Positions 28,493 to 40,000 of a stretch of 64,000 bases of DNA are shown here, piece after piece. The position numbers were made by a program, and so were the translations under genes. The notes under the pieces are model-generated. The model worked only from the letters and a program-made list of their open reading frames with translations, did no database searches and was not told the origin of the DNA. Source of the DNA: an uncultured Nitrospiraceae bacterium (lineage in GTDB: Bacteria; Nitrospirota; Thermodesulfovibrionia; Thermodesulfovibrionales; Dissulfurispiraceae); the NCBI GenBank assembly GCA_963727805.1, contig CAVSHF010000003.1, positions 1,760,001-1,824,000 of the forward strand, given 5' to 3'. Numbering within the stretch: position 1 is the stretch's first letter; each line of letters starts with the position of its first letter.

Positions 28493-31400
28493 TCACTTGT
28501 ACTTGTTTAATGCCGTCACTTCGTCGTACCGGTTATTCCGCAGTGCGGCGGCACAAACACCCGAATAAACAAGCCCCGTTGATCCATCGATACTGATCTC
28601 CGCGCCTTCGTGGATTTCGACGCCTCCGATGACTGCGTACAGGACGTTACCGGTACCGGTTCGAATACTCATATCGGAGCAGCCGACGACCGCAGTAAGC
28701 GAGAATTTCTGCGAGAGAATGGCAGCGTGCGACGTTGCCCCACCAATAGAAGTGACGATCCCGCTTATGCTCGGCATAACGGCAACATCGTCGGTGTCTG
28801 TCTCTTTCCTGAGGAGAATGATTGGCCTTTTCTCATGCGACATCAGCTTCCCAATATCTTCCGGTGAGGCCGAAAAACAAGCTACCCCGCTGAGCGCTCC
28901 GCCATAGACCCCAATGCCGCGCCCGATGACTGATGATTCCATTTTGCAGGACTCCTGAAATTTCTCGGCAGGTCCTCTCCTAAATTCCATCCGCTTGGTC
29001 TGTACGATGTAGATCTGCCTTTTGTCACCCACGGTGACGTATGCTGATTCAACCTCCTGAGGAAGGCCTCCCATCGCATCTTCCACTTTTTCAGCGGTTT
29101 TACAAAACAAACGATAAAGTTGCGGATCCAACTTTTCGAGACTGTCCCCATTGTTGGTCTGAGATTGTGCGAGCGGACGGTTGATGAAGTGGCCATATAC
29201 CAGGTCGTCGCCGGTGGCGGTCTCGCGCACTTCACCAAATATACCCTTTTCAAACGAGACCGGAACTCGCGTAAAGAAGACAGCGGCACCGGAACCCTTA
29301 CGGTTACCATAGACCATGCTCATGAGGGTGACTGCAGTGCCCCATCGATCCGAAACCGCCATGGCCTTCCGAAATTGGAGGGCACGGTCGCAGTTCCATG
29401 ACTGATAGATAGCCTTCATAGAGAGTCTCAGTTGCTCATAAGGATCATCCGGTATCTTCCGCCCGACATTACTCAGCCTGGTGAGGTATTGCGCAACTAT
29501 CGCCTCCAGGCCGGTCGTATCAAGTCTTCGCATGTCATCCTCATGATAACGCTCCAAGATCACCCTACGTTCCTGCTCGAAAACGTCTGACGGCACATCC
29601 AGCACTATTTCAGCGTAGTGCTCAATGAATCTGCGGTACGAATCATACGCAAGCCACGTGTCGCCAGTCGCATCCACGAATCCCGCGATTGTTTCGTGGT
29701 TCATCCCACAGTAGAGGATGGACGAGAGTATGCCGGGCATGGAGAGATATGAGCCGCTCCTGACTGCAAGAAAGAGCGGATTCTTCGCGCTTCCGAATGT
29801 GCGGCCAGTGGAATGTTCGATCATTGCAACCGCTTCGCGGATGGCATGGCCGATGTTATTGCCTGACATGACTTCTTCGTGTGTGCTAGTGATGCTTGAG
29901 GGGAACACCGTGGCCGGTGGCACCAGCAGGCCCTTTTCCTTGAGATACACCAGGTTCTTTGCCTTGCTGCCTAGCATCGGCGCCCAGGCAGCTGCTTCTG
30001 CAGGCGAAAGTCCATGCAGAGTGAACCATTGTTTTTCCGGCTGTGCAGGCATTAAGCAGGGAATAATAACATCGTTGCCAGATTCAACGAATAGAGAAAG
30101 CTTCTTGATACAACTGTTCAGAAGCCGATCGAGCTCTTCGAACCCGGCGATGCTGTTGATTATGTCCCGGCTTGTGATATCGATGGCCCTGTCGATAAAG
30201 CTCTTATCGCGACTCTCCAGTCTCCGCAGAAAGTCGGGCATGTCGGCGTGAGGGTATCTGCCGAGCAATTCAGTTAACGCTCTGAGAAAAGCCCTATGGA
30301 AGACTTCGACCATCCACGTAAGTTCCCGTTGCCACACCTTTAGGAGGTCTTTGATCTGGGCAAGCGAAAGACTGTTCCACTTCATAATGGTGAGCACTTC
30401 TGAGATTCGAGGATTATCGAGGTCATGCAGAGCAAACAGGGCATGGGCCTGCTCAAGAGTATCGAACCAGCTGCGGACAGTGCTGATATCGACCTCGGGC
30501 CCACAGCTTTCGACCGCAGCAATCGTCTCTTCAAGGAAGATGCGTATCTGCTCTTCGAGCCTGAGGGCCTCTGCCAAGGCATCGAACTTAGTCTCATGGT
30601 ACGAACCTATGACCGAAGGGATGCCGAAGGCAATATGGCGTTTATAGTAGAGGGATTCCTGCGCTTCCGTTTTCTCGAGTGAGGTGTAGACTGTCTTCAG
30701 ACGTCCAAGCTGTTCAACGATCTTTGCAGAGTCGCTTGCAGTGCGTGGCATGCCCATCAGTGCATATTTCAAGCTGACCTGATAATACAGACTGCGAAGG
30801 AGGATGATCTTCCTGCGGATCTCCTGCGGCGCATCGATAGATTCGACAACACGATCGAATACGACGTCGGATATAGTCCGCAGCTTGTCGAAGCGTATTG
30901 TTGTTTTTTCAAGGAGGCTTAATGACGTAAAAATCTGATGCAGTGCCGATGAATAACGGGCGATCTGTTCCCGGTCCATGGCGGCAAGAATCTCTTCAGG
31001 GACATATCCTTCCAGGCATGAGACATCGTTCAATAGCCATGCGCGAATAATCTGTTCTATCAGAGTGATATTGCTGTTGCTGGCATTGACATGTATCTGC
31101 TTTCTCAGGAAATATAAAACGCTGTCATTACCCCACGAATCGATATCGGAGGAGAGATCGCGAATCATGCCAGATGCGCCCACGTCGTTGAAATAGCACG
31201 GCAGCCGCTTCAGGAGCAGATAGTGATAGAGAAAATGTGTTCTCAAAGCTCCGGAGTTCAGATATGCTGATATGTCACGCTGGAAGATGCGGTCATCGGG
31301 TATCCAGACGCCGCTGACAGCGAGATTACAGATCAGGTGCACAAGGATGTCAATGCACTTCTCCGGAGCTGCAGCGATAATTGCCATAAAGGCGGATATC

Positions 31401-32779
31401 CTTCGTACATGCAAGGGAGACACCAGTTCTGCCCATGTCTCTGCCGAAAGCCCTGACGCTCTCGGGTGGGGCACAATAATTCTTTTAAGGAGCATCCGAT
31501 AATGTCCAACAAGCTGATTGTCATCGCTCCCCAGAATGAGCGCAGCGATCTCTGCGCTGAGGAGTATATCATCCTGAACCGGTGAATCGCTTATGGTGTT
31601 AAGAATTAGCCTGCTCGCATTGCTCCGTTTTTCTGACAGAAGCGCCTTGAGCAATGCCTTAATGTTGATTACTACAGTGCGATCGACATTAGGGTTCTGG
31701 TATCCGCTGAAGTCCGGCAACCCGGACAGGCTCGCTGCAATGTCACTGTCACTCATCATGTCAATGCTGGGGAGGAGTGCACCGAAAAATGCGATGTAGA
31801 GCTCTTCCCTATCAAGTATTCTAAGGTCAAGTGATGCGAGTTGGTTGAGAATCGTCGGCCTTGAAACTTTTTGAGCAAGTTGGCGGTCAATTGTATCCAA
31901 CATTTCGAGAAATGTGATTCGCCACGCTTCGGAAAAGACAAGCACTGGCGCCAGCTTATTTCTTGGGAGGCATCTCCTGACGAGATCGATGAGCCAGTCA
32001 TGCAGTACTGGGACAGACCGTGCATGCCCGCGCAGTGACGCGATACATAACGTTATAATCGGCGTGCTGTCTAATTCTGGCAACCTAGTAGTGATGCGGG
32101 ACAGCATATTGAAGATATACTGAGCAGCGAACGACAAATCGATTGTGGCACTGCTGGCGGCTTGCATCCAAATTGTTAAAAAGGATTCCAGTCGGCCGCT
32201 GTCCATCTCCTGCTCGATCGGCAGCTCAACAAGCGACACGGCATTGTATACCGCTCGTGCCTTTGAAGCCTCGGTGACCTGCCCGCAGGCCTTGAACGAG
32301 AATCGTACAAGGACAGGGCCCCAATAGTAGAAGGCATCCCTAGCACTCCAGAACAAGTCCTTCGAAAAGCTGTGAAGGACTTCAGACAGCTGTCTCCAGT
32401 CTTTTTTTGCGGACAGGATATCGGAGACGACCGTTTCAGCAGCTTTTCGCATCCCTTCTTTTCCGCCGATTGAATCGACCAGCGCCTTGAACCGGATGCC
32501 TCGAAGATCTTCTGATACTTCAATGGCTGAGGCAAACGTACCGCCCGAGACTTCTTTTTTCAAGAGGAAGGTTCCGATATGCTTGCCAGACTGAATGATA
32601 TCGAGCTGCAGATTACGAGCAGCTTCTATAACTGCAGCGTCTGCTGTCAGAATGAAATCGCCATTGGTGAGCTCTTGTCTGCTGATCTCATTCCCTCCTT
32701 GCATAAGCACAATGATATAACTGCCGGGAGGAAGTGATATCATCGTTCCTTTAAAAAAGGTAACCCTATCCTCGATCAT
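28493..32779 (-). CDS. Long PPDK-like protein: about 930-aa N-terminal extension, ATP-grasp and phospho-His domains, no pyruvate-binding barrel
   Basis: 'LGSKAKNL', 'AVRSGS..SMPG', 'YDSYRRF', 'MVYGN', 'GGATSHAA', ends just after 'ISIDGSTGLVY'; likely start MIEDR (32779), alternative 32884. Confidence 0.85.
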   Translation of the reverse strand: MIEDRVTFFKGTMISLPPGSYIIVLMQGGNEISRQELTNGDFILTADAAVIEAARNLQLDIIQSGKHIGTFLLKKEVSGGTFASAIEVSEDLRGIRFKALVDSIGGKEGMRKAAETVVSDILSAKKDWRQLSEVLHSFSKDLFWSARDAFYYWGPVLVRFSFKACGQVTEASKARAVYNAVSLVELPIEQEMDSGRLESFLTIWMQAASSATIDLSFAAQYIFNMLSRITTRLPELDSTPIITLCIASLRGHARSVPVLHDWLIDLVRRCLPRNKLAPVLVFSEAWRITFLEMLDTIDRQLAQKVSRPTILNQLASLDLRILDREELYIAFFGALLPSIDMMSDSDIAASLSGLPDFSGYQNPNVDRTVVINIKALLKALLSEKRSNASRLILNTISDSPVQDDILLSAEIAALILGSDDNQLVGHYRMLLKRIIVPHPRASGLSAETWAELVSPLHVRRISAFMAIIAAAPEKCIDILVHLICNLAVSGVWIPDDRIFQRDISAYLNSGALRTHFLYHYLLLKRLPCYFNDVGASGMIRDLSSDIDSWGNDSVLYFLRKQIHVNASNSNITLIEQIIRAWLLNDVSCLEGYVPEEILAAMDREQIARYSSALHQIFTSLSLLEKTTIRFDKLRTISDVVFDRVVESIDAPQEIRRKIILLRSLYYQVSLKYALMGMPRTASDSAKIVEQLGRLKTVYTSLEKTEAQESLYYKRHIAFGIPSVIGSYHETKFDALAEALRLEEQIRIFLEETIAAVESCGPEVDISTVRSWFDTLEQAHALFALHDLDNPRISEVLTIMKWNSLSLAQIKDLLKVWQRELTWMVEVFHRAFLRALTELLGRYPHADMPDFLRRLESRDKSFIDRAIDITSRDIINSIAGFEELDRLLNSCIKKLSLFVESGNDVIIPCLMPAQPEKQWFTLHGLSPAEAAAWAPMLGSKAKNLVYLKEKGLLVPPATVFPSSITSTHEEVMSGNNIGHAIREAVAMIEHSTGRTFGSAKNPLFLAVRSGSYLSMPGILSSILYCGMNHETIAGFVDATGDTWLAYDSYRRFIEHYAEIVLDVPSDVFEQERRVILERYHEDDMRRLDTTGLEAIVAQYLTRLSNVGRKIPDDPYEQLRLSMKAIYQSWNCDRALQFRKAMAVSDRWGTAVTLMSMVYGNRKGSGAAVFFTRVPVSFEKGIFGEVRETATGDDLVYGHFINRPLAQSQTNNGDSLEKLDPQLYRLFCKTAEKVEDAMGGLPQEVESAYVTVGDKRQIYIVQTKRMEFRRGPAEKFQESCKMESSVIGRGIGVYGGALSGVACFSASPEDIGKLMSHEKRPIILLRKETDTDDVAVMPSISGIVTSIGGATSHAAILSQKFSLTAVVGCSDMSIRTGTGNVLYAVIGGVEIHEGAEISIDGSTGLVYSGVCAAALRNNRYDEVTALNKYK

Positions 32780-33271
32780 TACGCAAAAATCCTTGACCAC
32801 AAGAGCGGTGACCAGGCCCTTGTATGCTGTGGCAAGTGTGCCGACCAGATAGTCAAGAGAGCAGATATTCATGGATGCGTCCATATAAGTAGCATTATAG
32901 CAACAAAGGGGTTCCTGACTTAGGCAAGCATCAGTAGCTCCATCCTCTGCATGACGCTGGCAATGCTCAACTGTCGGTGAATATCCGGGAACGGGGAATG
33001 GCTATAAAAGCTGTCCTTTGCATAAAAAAAATATTACGGCCATCTATTGTAACGCCAAATGTAAATAACAAGATGCTAACCTGACATCATTTCCTGGACA
33101 CTTCAATCGATGAGTCGACCCTCATGGCTTCACTTTGGACAGAAGTCTCGCGTAGAAAGTCGAACCCTTACTCATAATAATACTTTTTTATATTGTTTTC
33201 CCTTTGAATGTTATGCGATCTGTAATTTCTTTAAATATAGCAGCGTTATTGACCTAATGCATTTTGTGGTG

Positions 33272-35521
33272 TCATGTGGATATCCTCCTGTATATCTCAG
33301 TCACCCTATCCGGCAATTTATTTACATCGTCTACGAGTGTATAGTTTACCTCTCCGCACATATGAGGCATATAGGACTGCGCTTCTTTGTCGATTGTAAT
33401 GAAAAACGGGTAGATGCCATTCTCTCTCGTCTCGATCAAGGCCTTTCGAGTATCCTCTACGGCATACTCACCCTTGTATGCGTCCCAATCTTCCGGCTTG
33501 CCGTCGCTAAGAATTATGAAGAGTCTTGTTCTCGCCTCGATGGATTTAAGTATCACTGTTGAATGCCTGATTGCGGGCCCCATCCTCGTATAATCTTTCG
33601 GGGCTATCCCTGCAATCCTTTTCTTTATGGTATCCGAATATGTCTCTTCAAAACCTTTTATTCTATAGTAATCACACTTCGTCCGGGTCATGCCGGAGAA
33701 TCCATAGATTGAATAGCGGTCACCGAGCGCATCGAGCGCTTCGCACATGAGCACAAGGGATTCTTTTTCGGCCTCGCTCACCCATCCTTTTGTAGAGCCG
33801 CTCATGTCAAGGAGAAAAAGGACGGCGATATTCCTTTCGTGCCTGTCAAGCCTGACAAAGAGATCTTCGGCCGGGGAAAGGCCAGCGCGCATATCCGCAA
33901 AGGCCTCAACTGTTGCATCGATATCGATGTCGTCGCCATCCTTCTGACGCCTGAGCAACTTCGGTTCTCTTTTAAGAAGCTCGAATTTATTTCGAAGTAG
34001 CCTGACATACGCTCCGTAGCGTCTCAATGTGATTTCAACAAAAAGATCATGTCCAGGATAAATGTCATGCTCATAGAGGCTGCACCAATGTTTTTTGTAT
34101 CCGAGCCGGCGGAAATCCCATTCGTCATAGGGGATGCCCCCCGCCTGGACCACGGCAATCTCCTCCTCCGCGACCAGGTCGGAAAGCGTGATCGGACTTC
34201 CTGCTCCCATATTGCTGCCTTTAACAAGAATTCCACCAGGAATGCCCCTCCGCTCCTCTATGATCTCCCTCAACTCGCTATCGAGCTCAATGATCTTCCC
34301 CTTTATCAACAGGTACTCCTCATTGGGTCTCAGCTCTTTTTCGGCGGCTTCTCGCTTTGGTGACAAAGGCACCATCCGGGGTTCATAATCCTGAACAGTC
34401 AGCAGCTTCTCAATCATGGTTTCATACTTCTTCTTTTTTTCTGCTCTTTTTGATCTGAGAAGTCGGGAAACCTTGTCAGGTCTGATTTTTCCGAGGAAAA
34501 GAGGTTCCAGTGGCATATAGGCACCTGCGAGATGCGCCACAACCTCGTAAATATCCAATAAAAGGCGAAATGCAGTTGAAGTACTTTGTGCATTCCTGAG
34601 CAGGTCAACTTCCGGTAGCAGCCTTCCCAGTCCTCCATGCATCTGCCCTTTAGTTTTACCCATGAGATAAAGCTGATATATTCCCTCAACAACAGCGGTC
34701 TTCTCTGAAAGAGTTTCGAGAGATGGTCTCTCATCGAAGATTCTCTGCTTCAATTCTGTGACTTTTCGCATCAGTCCGGGTAATTCCCTGAGTAGGAATC
34801 CCTCTATCCTGAACGACTCCAGAATATTATAAATGTCCTGGGCCATTTCCCTTTCAGGGAACGTCCTGAAAATCGACTCTATATCGGGATGGTTTTTGTG
34901 CTTCCTGATGGTGGTCCAAACGGTCTCTTTGTCCGGGATAAGAGTGCCGCAAGCTATACGCGCCCACTGATGCACAGCCATAAGCTTATAGATGAAAAAA
35001 TTTTCACCCCGGTCTCCGTATACATTCACCGTTGCGGGAAGATAGATTGTTGCCGTATCGGTATGGGGCATCCTGCCCTGCGCGATCTTCAGACCGAGGC
35101 CTGAAATCCCCTGAATGTATGTCTCAAGTCTTGGGAGGATGGACTGGATACGAAGGCCCCCAGGACTCTGAATACTCCTCAGTGCATCATCGCGATCGGC
35201 CTTCGAAATGAATCCGATAAAGGGATCGATACCCTTCGCATCAAGGAGATCAAAGGCCTGGGTAAGCCATTTTTCAATGTCTTTCGGCGATAGGATGTAC
35301 GAAGCTTTTTTGATGCGCTTTAAAGTGCTTACAACAAGGGTTGCACTGGCATGTGAAAGAGAAAGGCACAGTGCGAGAGTCTTTTGCTTCAGCCCTGGAT
35401 GAAGCGAATCGAGTTCGTCGAATATTTTCCTAATCTCGTAGTCCTCGAGGAAGTCAAGCTTCAGGTTTCTTGCAAGTCCTTCTCTGAGCTGTTCAGTCTG
35501 TTTTTGGGAAAGCGATGACAT
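33272..35521 (-). CDS. VWA-domain protein, CbbO/NorD type
   Basis: 'YDEWD', 'DGDDIDIDA', MIDAS 'DMSGST', 'YTRMGPAIRH', 'LSDGKPED'. Confidence 0.9.
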   Translation of the reverse strand: MSSLSQKQTEQLREGLARNLKLDFLEDYEIRKIFDELDSLHPGLKQKTLALCLSLSHASATLVVSTLKRIKKASYILSPKDIEKWLTQAFDLLDAKGIDPFIGFISKADRDDALRSIQSPGGLRIQSILPRLETYIQGISGLGLKIAQGRMPHTDTATIYLPATVNVYGDRGENFFIYKLMAVHQWARIACGTLIPDKETVWTTIRKHKNHPDIESIFRTFPEREMAQDIYNILESFRIEGFLLRELPGLMRKVTELKQRIFDERPSLETLSEKTAVVEGIYQLYLMGKTKGQMHGGLGRLLPEVDLLRNAQSTSTAFRLLLDIYEVVAHLAGAYMPLEPLFLGKIRPDKVSRLLRSKRAEKKKKYETMIEKLLTVQDYEPRMVPLSPKREAAEKELRPNEEYLLIKGKIIELDSELREIIEERRGIPGGILVKGSNMGAGSPITLSDLVAEEEIAVVQAGGIPYDEWDFRRLGYKKHWCSLYEHDIYPGHDLFVEITLRRYGAYVRLLRNKFELLKREPKLLRRQKDGDDIDIDATVEAFADMRAGLSPAEDLFVRLDRHERNIAVLFLLDMSGSTKGWVSEAEKESLVLMCEALDALGDRYSIYGFSGMTRTKCDYYRIKGFEETYSDTIKKRIAGIAPKDYTRMGPAIRHSTVILKSIEARTRLFIILSDGKPEDWDAYKGEYAVEDTRKALIETRENGIYPFFITIDKEAQSYMPHMCGEVNYTLVDDVNKLPDRVTEIYRRIST

Positions 35522-36333
35522 CAGAATAGAGAACTGACTATCTCAGAAAGCGCGCCACTCATCTCTACATCATCCGTCAGCGGACCGGAAATGGCTACTT
35601 CGCAAGCTTCCGCAGGATGAATACCGGAAACAATGAGTTGGGCGGCATGGATGAGGAGCCGCGTGCTCGCCCCCTCTGAAAGACCTCTGTCTTTAAGGTT
35701 TCTCGTCTTTTCACCGTAGCTCACAAGCCTGTCTGCGGTTTCTTTATCAACGCCTGATTCATGCACGATAATCTCGGATTCCGTCTCCTTAACTGGATAC
35801 TTGAACTCTAGGGCGAGGAAACGTTGCCTGGTGCTCTGCTTGAGGTCTTTCAGAACGCTTTGATAGCCTGGATTATAAGATATGACGAGGAGAAACTCTT
35901 TAGGTGCCTTAAGAACCTCACCCCGCTTTTCCATGGGGAGGATCCTGCGGTCATCTGCCAGAGGATGAATGACGACCGTCGTGTCCTTTCGTGCCTCGAC
36001 GATCTCATCAAGATAGCAGAAACCTCCGGCTTTCACCGCTCTAGCAAGAGGTCCATCGACCCAGATTGTTTCGCCACCCTTTACCAGATAACGGCCGACA
36101 AGGTCCGATGCGGTAAGGTCGTCGTGGCACGAAACCGTAATGAGAGGTCTTCGATACTTCCATGCCATATATTGCATGAATCTTGTTTTTCCAGTGCCTG
36201 TGGGACCCTTGAGCAAAACAGGAATCCTGTTTCTGTAGGCTGCACTGAAAAGCGCTATCTCATCGCCCACAGATAGATAGTATGGCTCAGCCTCGATTAG
36301 ATATTGCTCTGTCTTTACAGCCATGGCCTTCAT
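35521..36333 (-). CDS. CbbQ/NirQ/NorQ-family AAA+ ATPase
   Basis: 'GPTGTGKT', '[12 protein letters not shown]', 'YLDEIVEAR', 'SYNPGYQ', 'STRLL'; stop overlaps the VWA start (TGATG). Confidence 0.94.
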   Translation of the reverse strand: MKAMAVKTEQYLIEAEPYYLSVGDEIALFSAAYRNRIPVLLKGPTGTGKTRFMQYMAWKYRRPLITVSCHDDLTASDLVGRYLVKGGETIWVDGPLARAVKAGGFCYLDEIVEARKDTTVVIHPLADDRRILPMEKRGEVLKAPKEFLLVISYNPGYQSVLKDLKQSTRQRFLALEFKYPVKETESEIIVHESGVDKETADRLVSYGEKTRNLKDRGLSEGASTRLLIHAAQLIVSGIHPAEACEVAISGPLTDDVEMSGALSEIVSSLF

Positions 36334-36559
36334 TGTTCAATTGTAGCGGGATTTAGGTAAGCAAACAACAGTGTCCAACAGCTTTGGCAGAGAAGGGTTG
36401 ATATGTCCTTGCCGACGATATCGCCGATTTATTAAATGGAATCTAACCATTCTTAACCCCATGGACAAATATTCCACGACATCATTCAACTGATGCTCAT
36501 GCCGATTCGTCAACAGAACTCATATGAACAAGGCGGTATGATCACAGACCGGGATCTAC

Positions 36560-36886
36560 TTAATAAATAGACAGTGCCGTCAGGATCGGGCTTCCCGACC
36601 GCCTGAGCACTACACGCGCTGCTTTAAGTTTTAGCAGAAAGCTTCCTACTTGCTCCACACATGCCCGAGCGGTTCCCTTGCAGATAGCGGCACGGTGCCT
36701 GGACGCTAACTCGGATACTTTTCCTTTAACCAAGACCTCTGCGATCCATAAGTCGGGCCACTGCCTGATGGCATGACAACCCGTACCGGTTCGAGTGTTT
36801 ATACCTCCCGATATGCAAACGACGACAGCATCGTTGCATACCGTCAGATGCTCAGCGTTGATGTCGCCACCGATAACACAGTGTCC
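36560..36886 (-). pseudogene. Possible degraded gltD-like relic
   Basis: Start-less open frame 'VIGGDINAEHL..NDAVVVC...LVKGKV.....AAICKGTA', weakly like GltD 'VG.DI....L...DAV' and 'KGK.V..IGGGDT..DC.GTA'; lies just downstream of gltB. Confidence 0.3.
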
Positions 36887-37091
36887 GCTCAGAGAGCCGC
36901 TTTACTTCCAGCAGACTCACCGAGTCAAACATCTGCCAGGCTTTCCCTCGTATCTATGCAGCTGTGAATTCAGCTGCCGCCGATGAATTATCAAGCATTA
37001 GAGCGGAGATTGTCACTTCAGTCCTCGTTTCCTTTTCCACCAGTAATCAGCTTCCAACGCACTTCTTCAAAAAATGTCTCCAGGCGACACT

Positions 37092-40000
37092 TCAGTTCGG
37101 CACCACTTTTTTAAATGTTCTTAAGTCTTTATCCCATTCAGATAGGATTTTTTTCGCCAGAGGACTTCCTGTCAGTCTATTATGGGCTTCAATTAAATCC
37201 TTAAGCCGGCTAATATCAGAACTGTCCAATTCAACTATCGTTACGTATGCTGAATTAATGCGATCGTACAACCCGCCGTCTCTGTCGGCAATATAGATCA
37301 CGCCGCCGGTCATTCCAGCTCCTATATTGACACCCGTTTCGCCGAGGACCACTACTTCTCCACGTGTCATGTATTCGCAAAGATGTTGTCCAGTTCCTTC
37401 GACTACCGCAACCGCACCACTGTTGCGCACAGCAAAACGCTCACCTGCAATGCCCCCGGCAAAGAAGATTCCGCCTGTTGCGCCGTAGAGCACTGTATTG
37501 CCGACAATCACCTGACGGTGTGGATCGATGAGCCCCTCGTCGGGCCTTATCGTAATGGTTCCGCCATACATCCCTTTTCCGGCATAGTCATTGGCATCGC
37601 CGATAAGCGTGATCGCAATCCCTTTATGGGTGAATGCCCCGAAGCTCTGCCCTGCCGAACCCCTGAAAACAAGCCTTATAGTGTTGTCGGATAGTCCCTT
37701 GGTACCGTGATGCTTCGCAATATAATATGAGAGGCGCACTGGGACGCTCCGGTCAGTGTTGCGGATATTGTATTCCCTGGTCACCGCCTCAGATCGCTCG
37801 ATGAAGGGGGCCAATTCAGATGTAATCCGATCATTAAGAGATGGAGAGGGATTATTGTTCCTTTTCCCTGAACTCAAGCGGGGCTGACCTTCGGGTGGCG
37901 CTTGAAGCAGGGCAGTGAGTTTCATTCGGTATGAGCCGGGATATCGAACGTCAGGCTCAATAGAAACAAGATCTGTCCTGCCGATGATCTCGCCGAGACT
38001 TCTGAATCCCATTTCGGCAAGAATCCTACGGACGTCATTGGCAAGTGCACGGTAATAAGCTATTACTCCTTCGGGGGTCCCACGGAACTTTGCTCTGAGC
38101 CGCTCATCCTGAGTTGCGATACCCGTGGGGCATGTATTCATATGGCACTGGCGTGCCATGATGCAGCCCACAGAAATCATTGTTGCCGTGCCAAAGCCGA
38201 ATTCCTCGGCGCCGAAGAGGGCCGCCAGTATCACATCCTTGCCAGTCCTGAGACCGCCATCGACCCGGACAGTAATGCGCTCCCGAAGACCGTTCTCGAT
38301 AAGTATCCGCTGTGTTTCTGCAAGGCCGATCTCCCAGTAGTTGCCTACGTTTTTTATCGATGTGATAGGAGAGGCACCGGTGCCACCCTCGTATCCGCTG
38401 ATCTGTACAATGTCTGCATAGGCCTTCGCAACGCCCGCCGCTACAGTGCCAACCCCGACTTCTGACACAAGTTTGACGCAGACCTTCGCTTCGGGGTTAG
38501 CCTGCTTCAGGTCGTTGATAAGCTGATTCAGATCTTCTATTGAATAGATATCGTGATGAGGAGGAGGAGATATGAGAAGTGTGCCGGGCTTGCAGTATCG
38601 GAGGCGTGCGATATAATCCGTCACCTTGCTTGCTGGCAAGTGCCCTCCCTCGCCCGGTTTGGCCCCCTGGGCCACTTTGATCTCAATCTCTCTGGCTGAG
38701 GCCAGATAGGACGGCGTCACGCCGAAGCGGCCCGATGCGATCTGCTTGATAGCGCTATTTTTTATAGTGCCGTACCGCGCAGGATCTTCGCCGCCTTCAC
38801 CACTGTTGCTCCTCATCCCAAGCCGGTTACACCCCTCCGCAATAGTCTCATGGGCCTCGGGTGAAAGGGCACCAACAGACATTGCGCCTGATACAAATCT
38901 TTTAAAAATCTCCTCTTCGGGCTCGACCTCATCGATTGGTATCGCAATACCTGCACGGCAACCCAGAATGTGGCGCGCATAGATGGGCCGACCTTCGGCT
39001 GCCGAAGCAAATGAACGATACCCTTCTGCCTTTCCCTGCCGCACAAAACGGTTAAGTGCCGCTACCGTGGGGGATGCCCAAGCATGCTCCTCACCATCCT
39101 TGCGATATTTGAGTGTGCCTCCTGCGTCGAGCTTTGGCTCGGACACCCCATATGCAGCATCATGGCGGGAAATAAGTGACGCCTCTATCTCAGATAATCC
39201 GTCAGCTTCAATATTCGCAGGAAGCTGACCGAAATACTCATGGAGAATGCCCTGCTTCAGACAGATGGTATCGAAGAGCTGGGCTCCATGATAAGAGTCG
39301 ATTGTGGCGATTCCAAGACGACCAAGGACCTTAAGAAGCCCATCTTCGATAGCGTTGCGATAGTTGCTCACGGCGGCATCAAAAGACTGTTTTACAACGC
39401 CGCGGCTGCATAGTTCGGCGATCGTCAGAGGCATAATCCAGGGATGAACCGCAGAGGCACCAAAACCGATAAGACAGGCTATGTGGTGGACATCGCGGGC
39501 CTCGCCTGTCTCAATGATTAGGCTCGCGCAGTGTCCGCACTGCTGGCGAAGTAATTCCTGAAATACTGCCGAAACCGCAAGGAGCGACGGGATGGCGAGC
39601 CATTCCTTCGAAATGTCCCGATCGGTAAGGATGATGATTTCGGAGCCCTTCCTTACAGCTTCAATAGCGGCTTGGCGGAGCGCTCCAATCGCTACAGCAA
39701 GATTTCCATCCGCGCGGAGATATGTGATTGGGAGCCGGACCGTTCTAAAGCCGCTCCCGGTCTCGATCTCATAAATGTCTTTTTCAAAGAGAAGAGGTGA
39801 GGGAACGCAGTATCGGCGGGCATGCGCGGCTGTCTCGCTCAGAAAACTGCGGCGCGGACCTAGATGCATGGCTAGGGACATGACCAGCTTTTCCCTGATC
39901 GGGTCAATGGAGGGATTAGTGATTTGTGAAAAACGTTGTTTGAAGTAGCGGAAGAGGAGTGGCGGCTTTTCCGAAAGTGGCGGAAGGGGTGTATCATCTC

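Noticed and set aside
27733..36333. Calvin-cycle (cbb) cluster suggested by CbbY-like HAD plus CbbQ/CbbO-like genes
   Set aside because: No Rubisco or phosphoribulokinase in the window, and these families are not specific to carbon fixation
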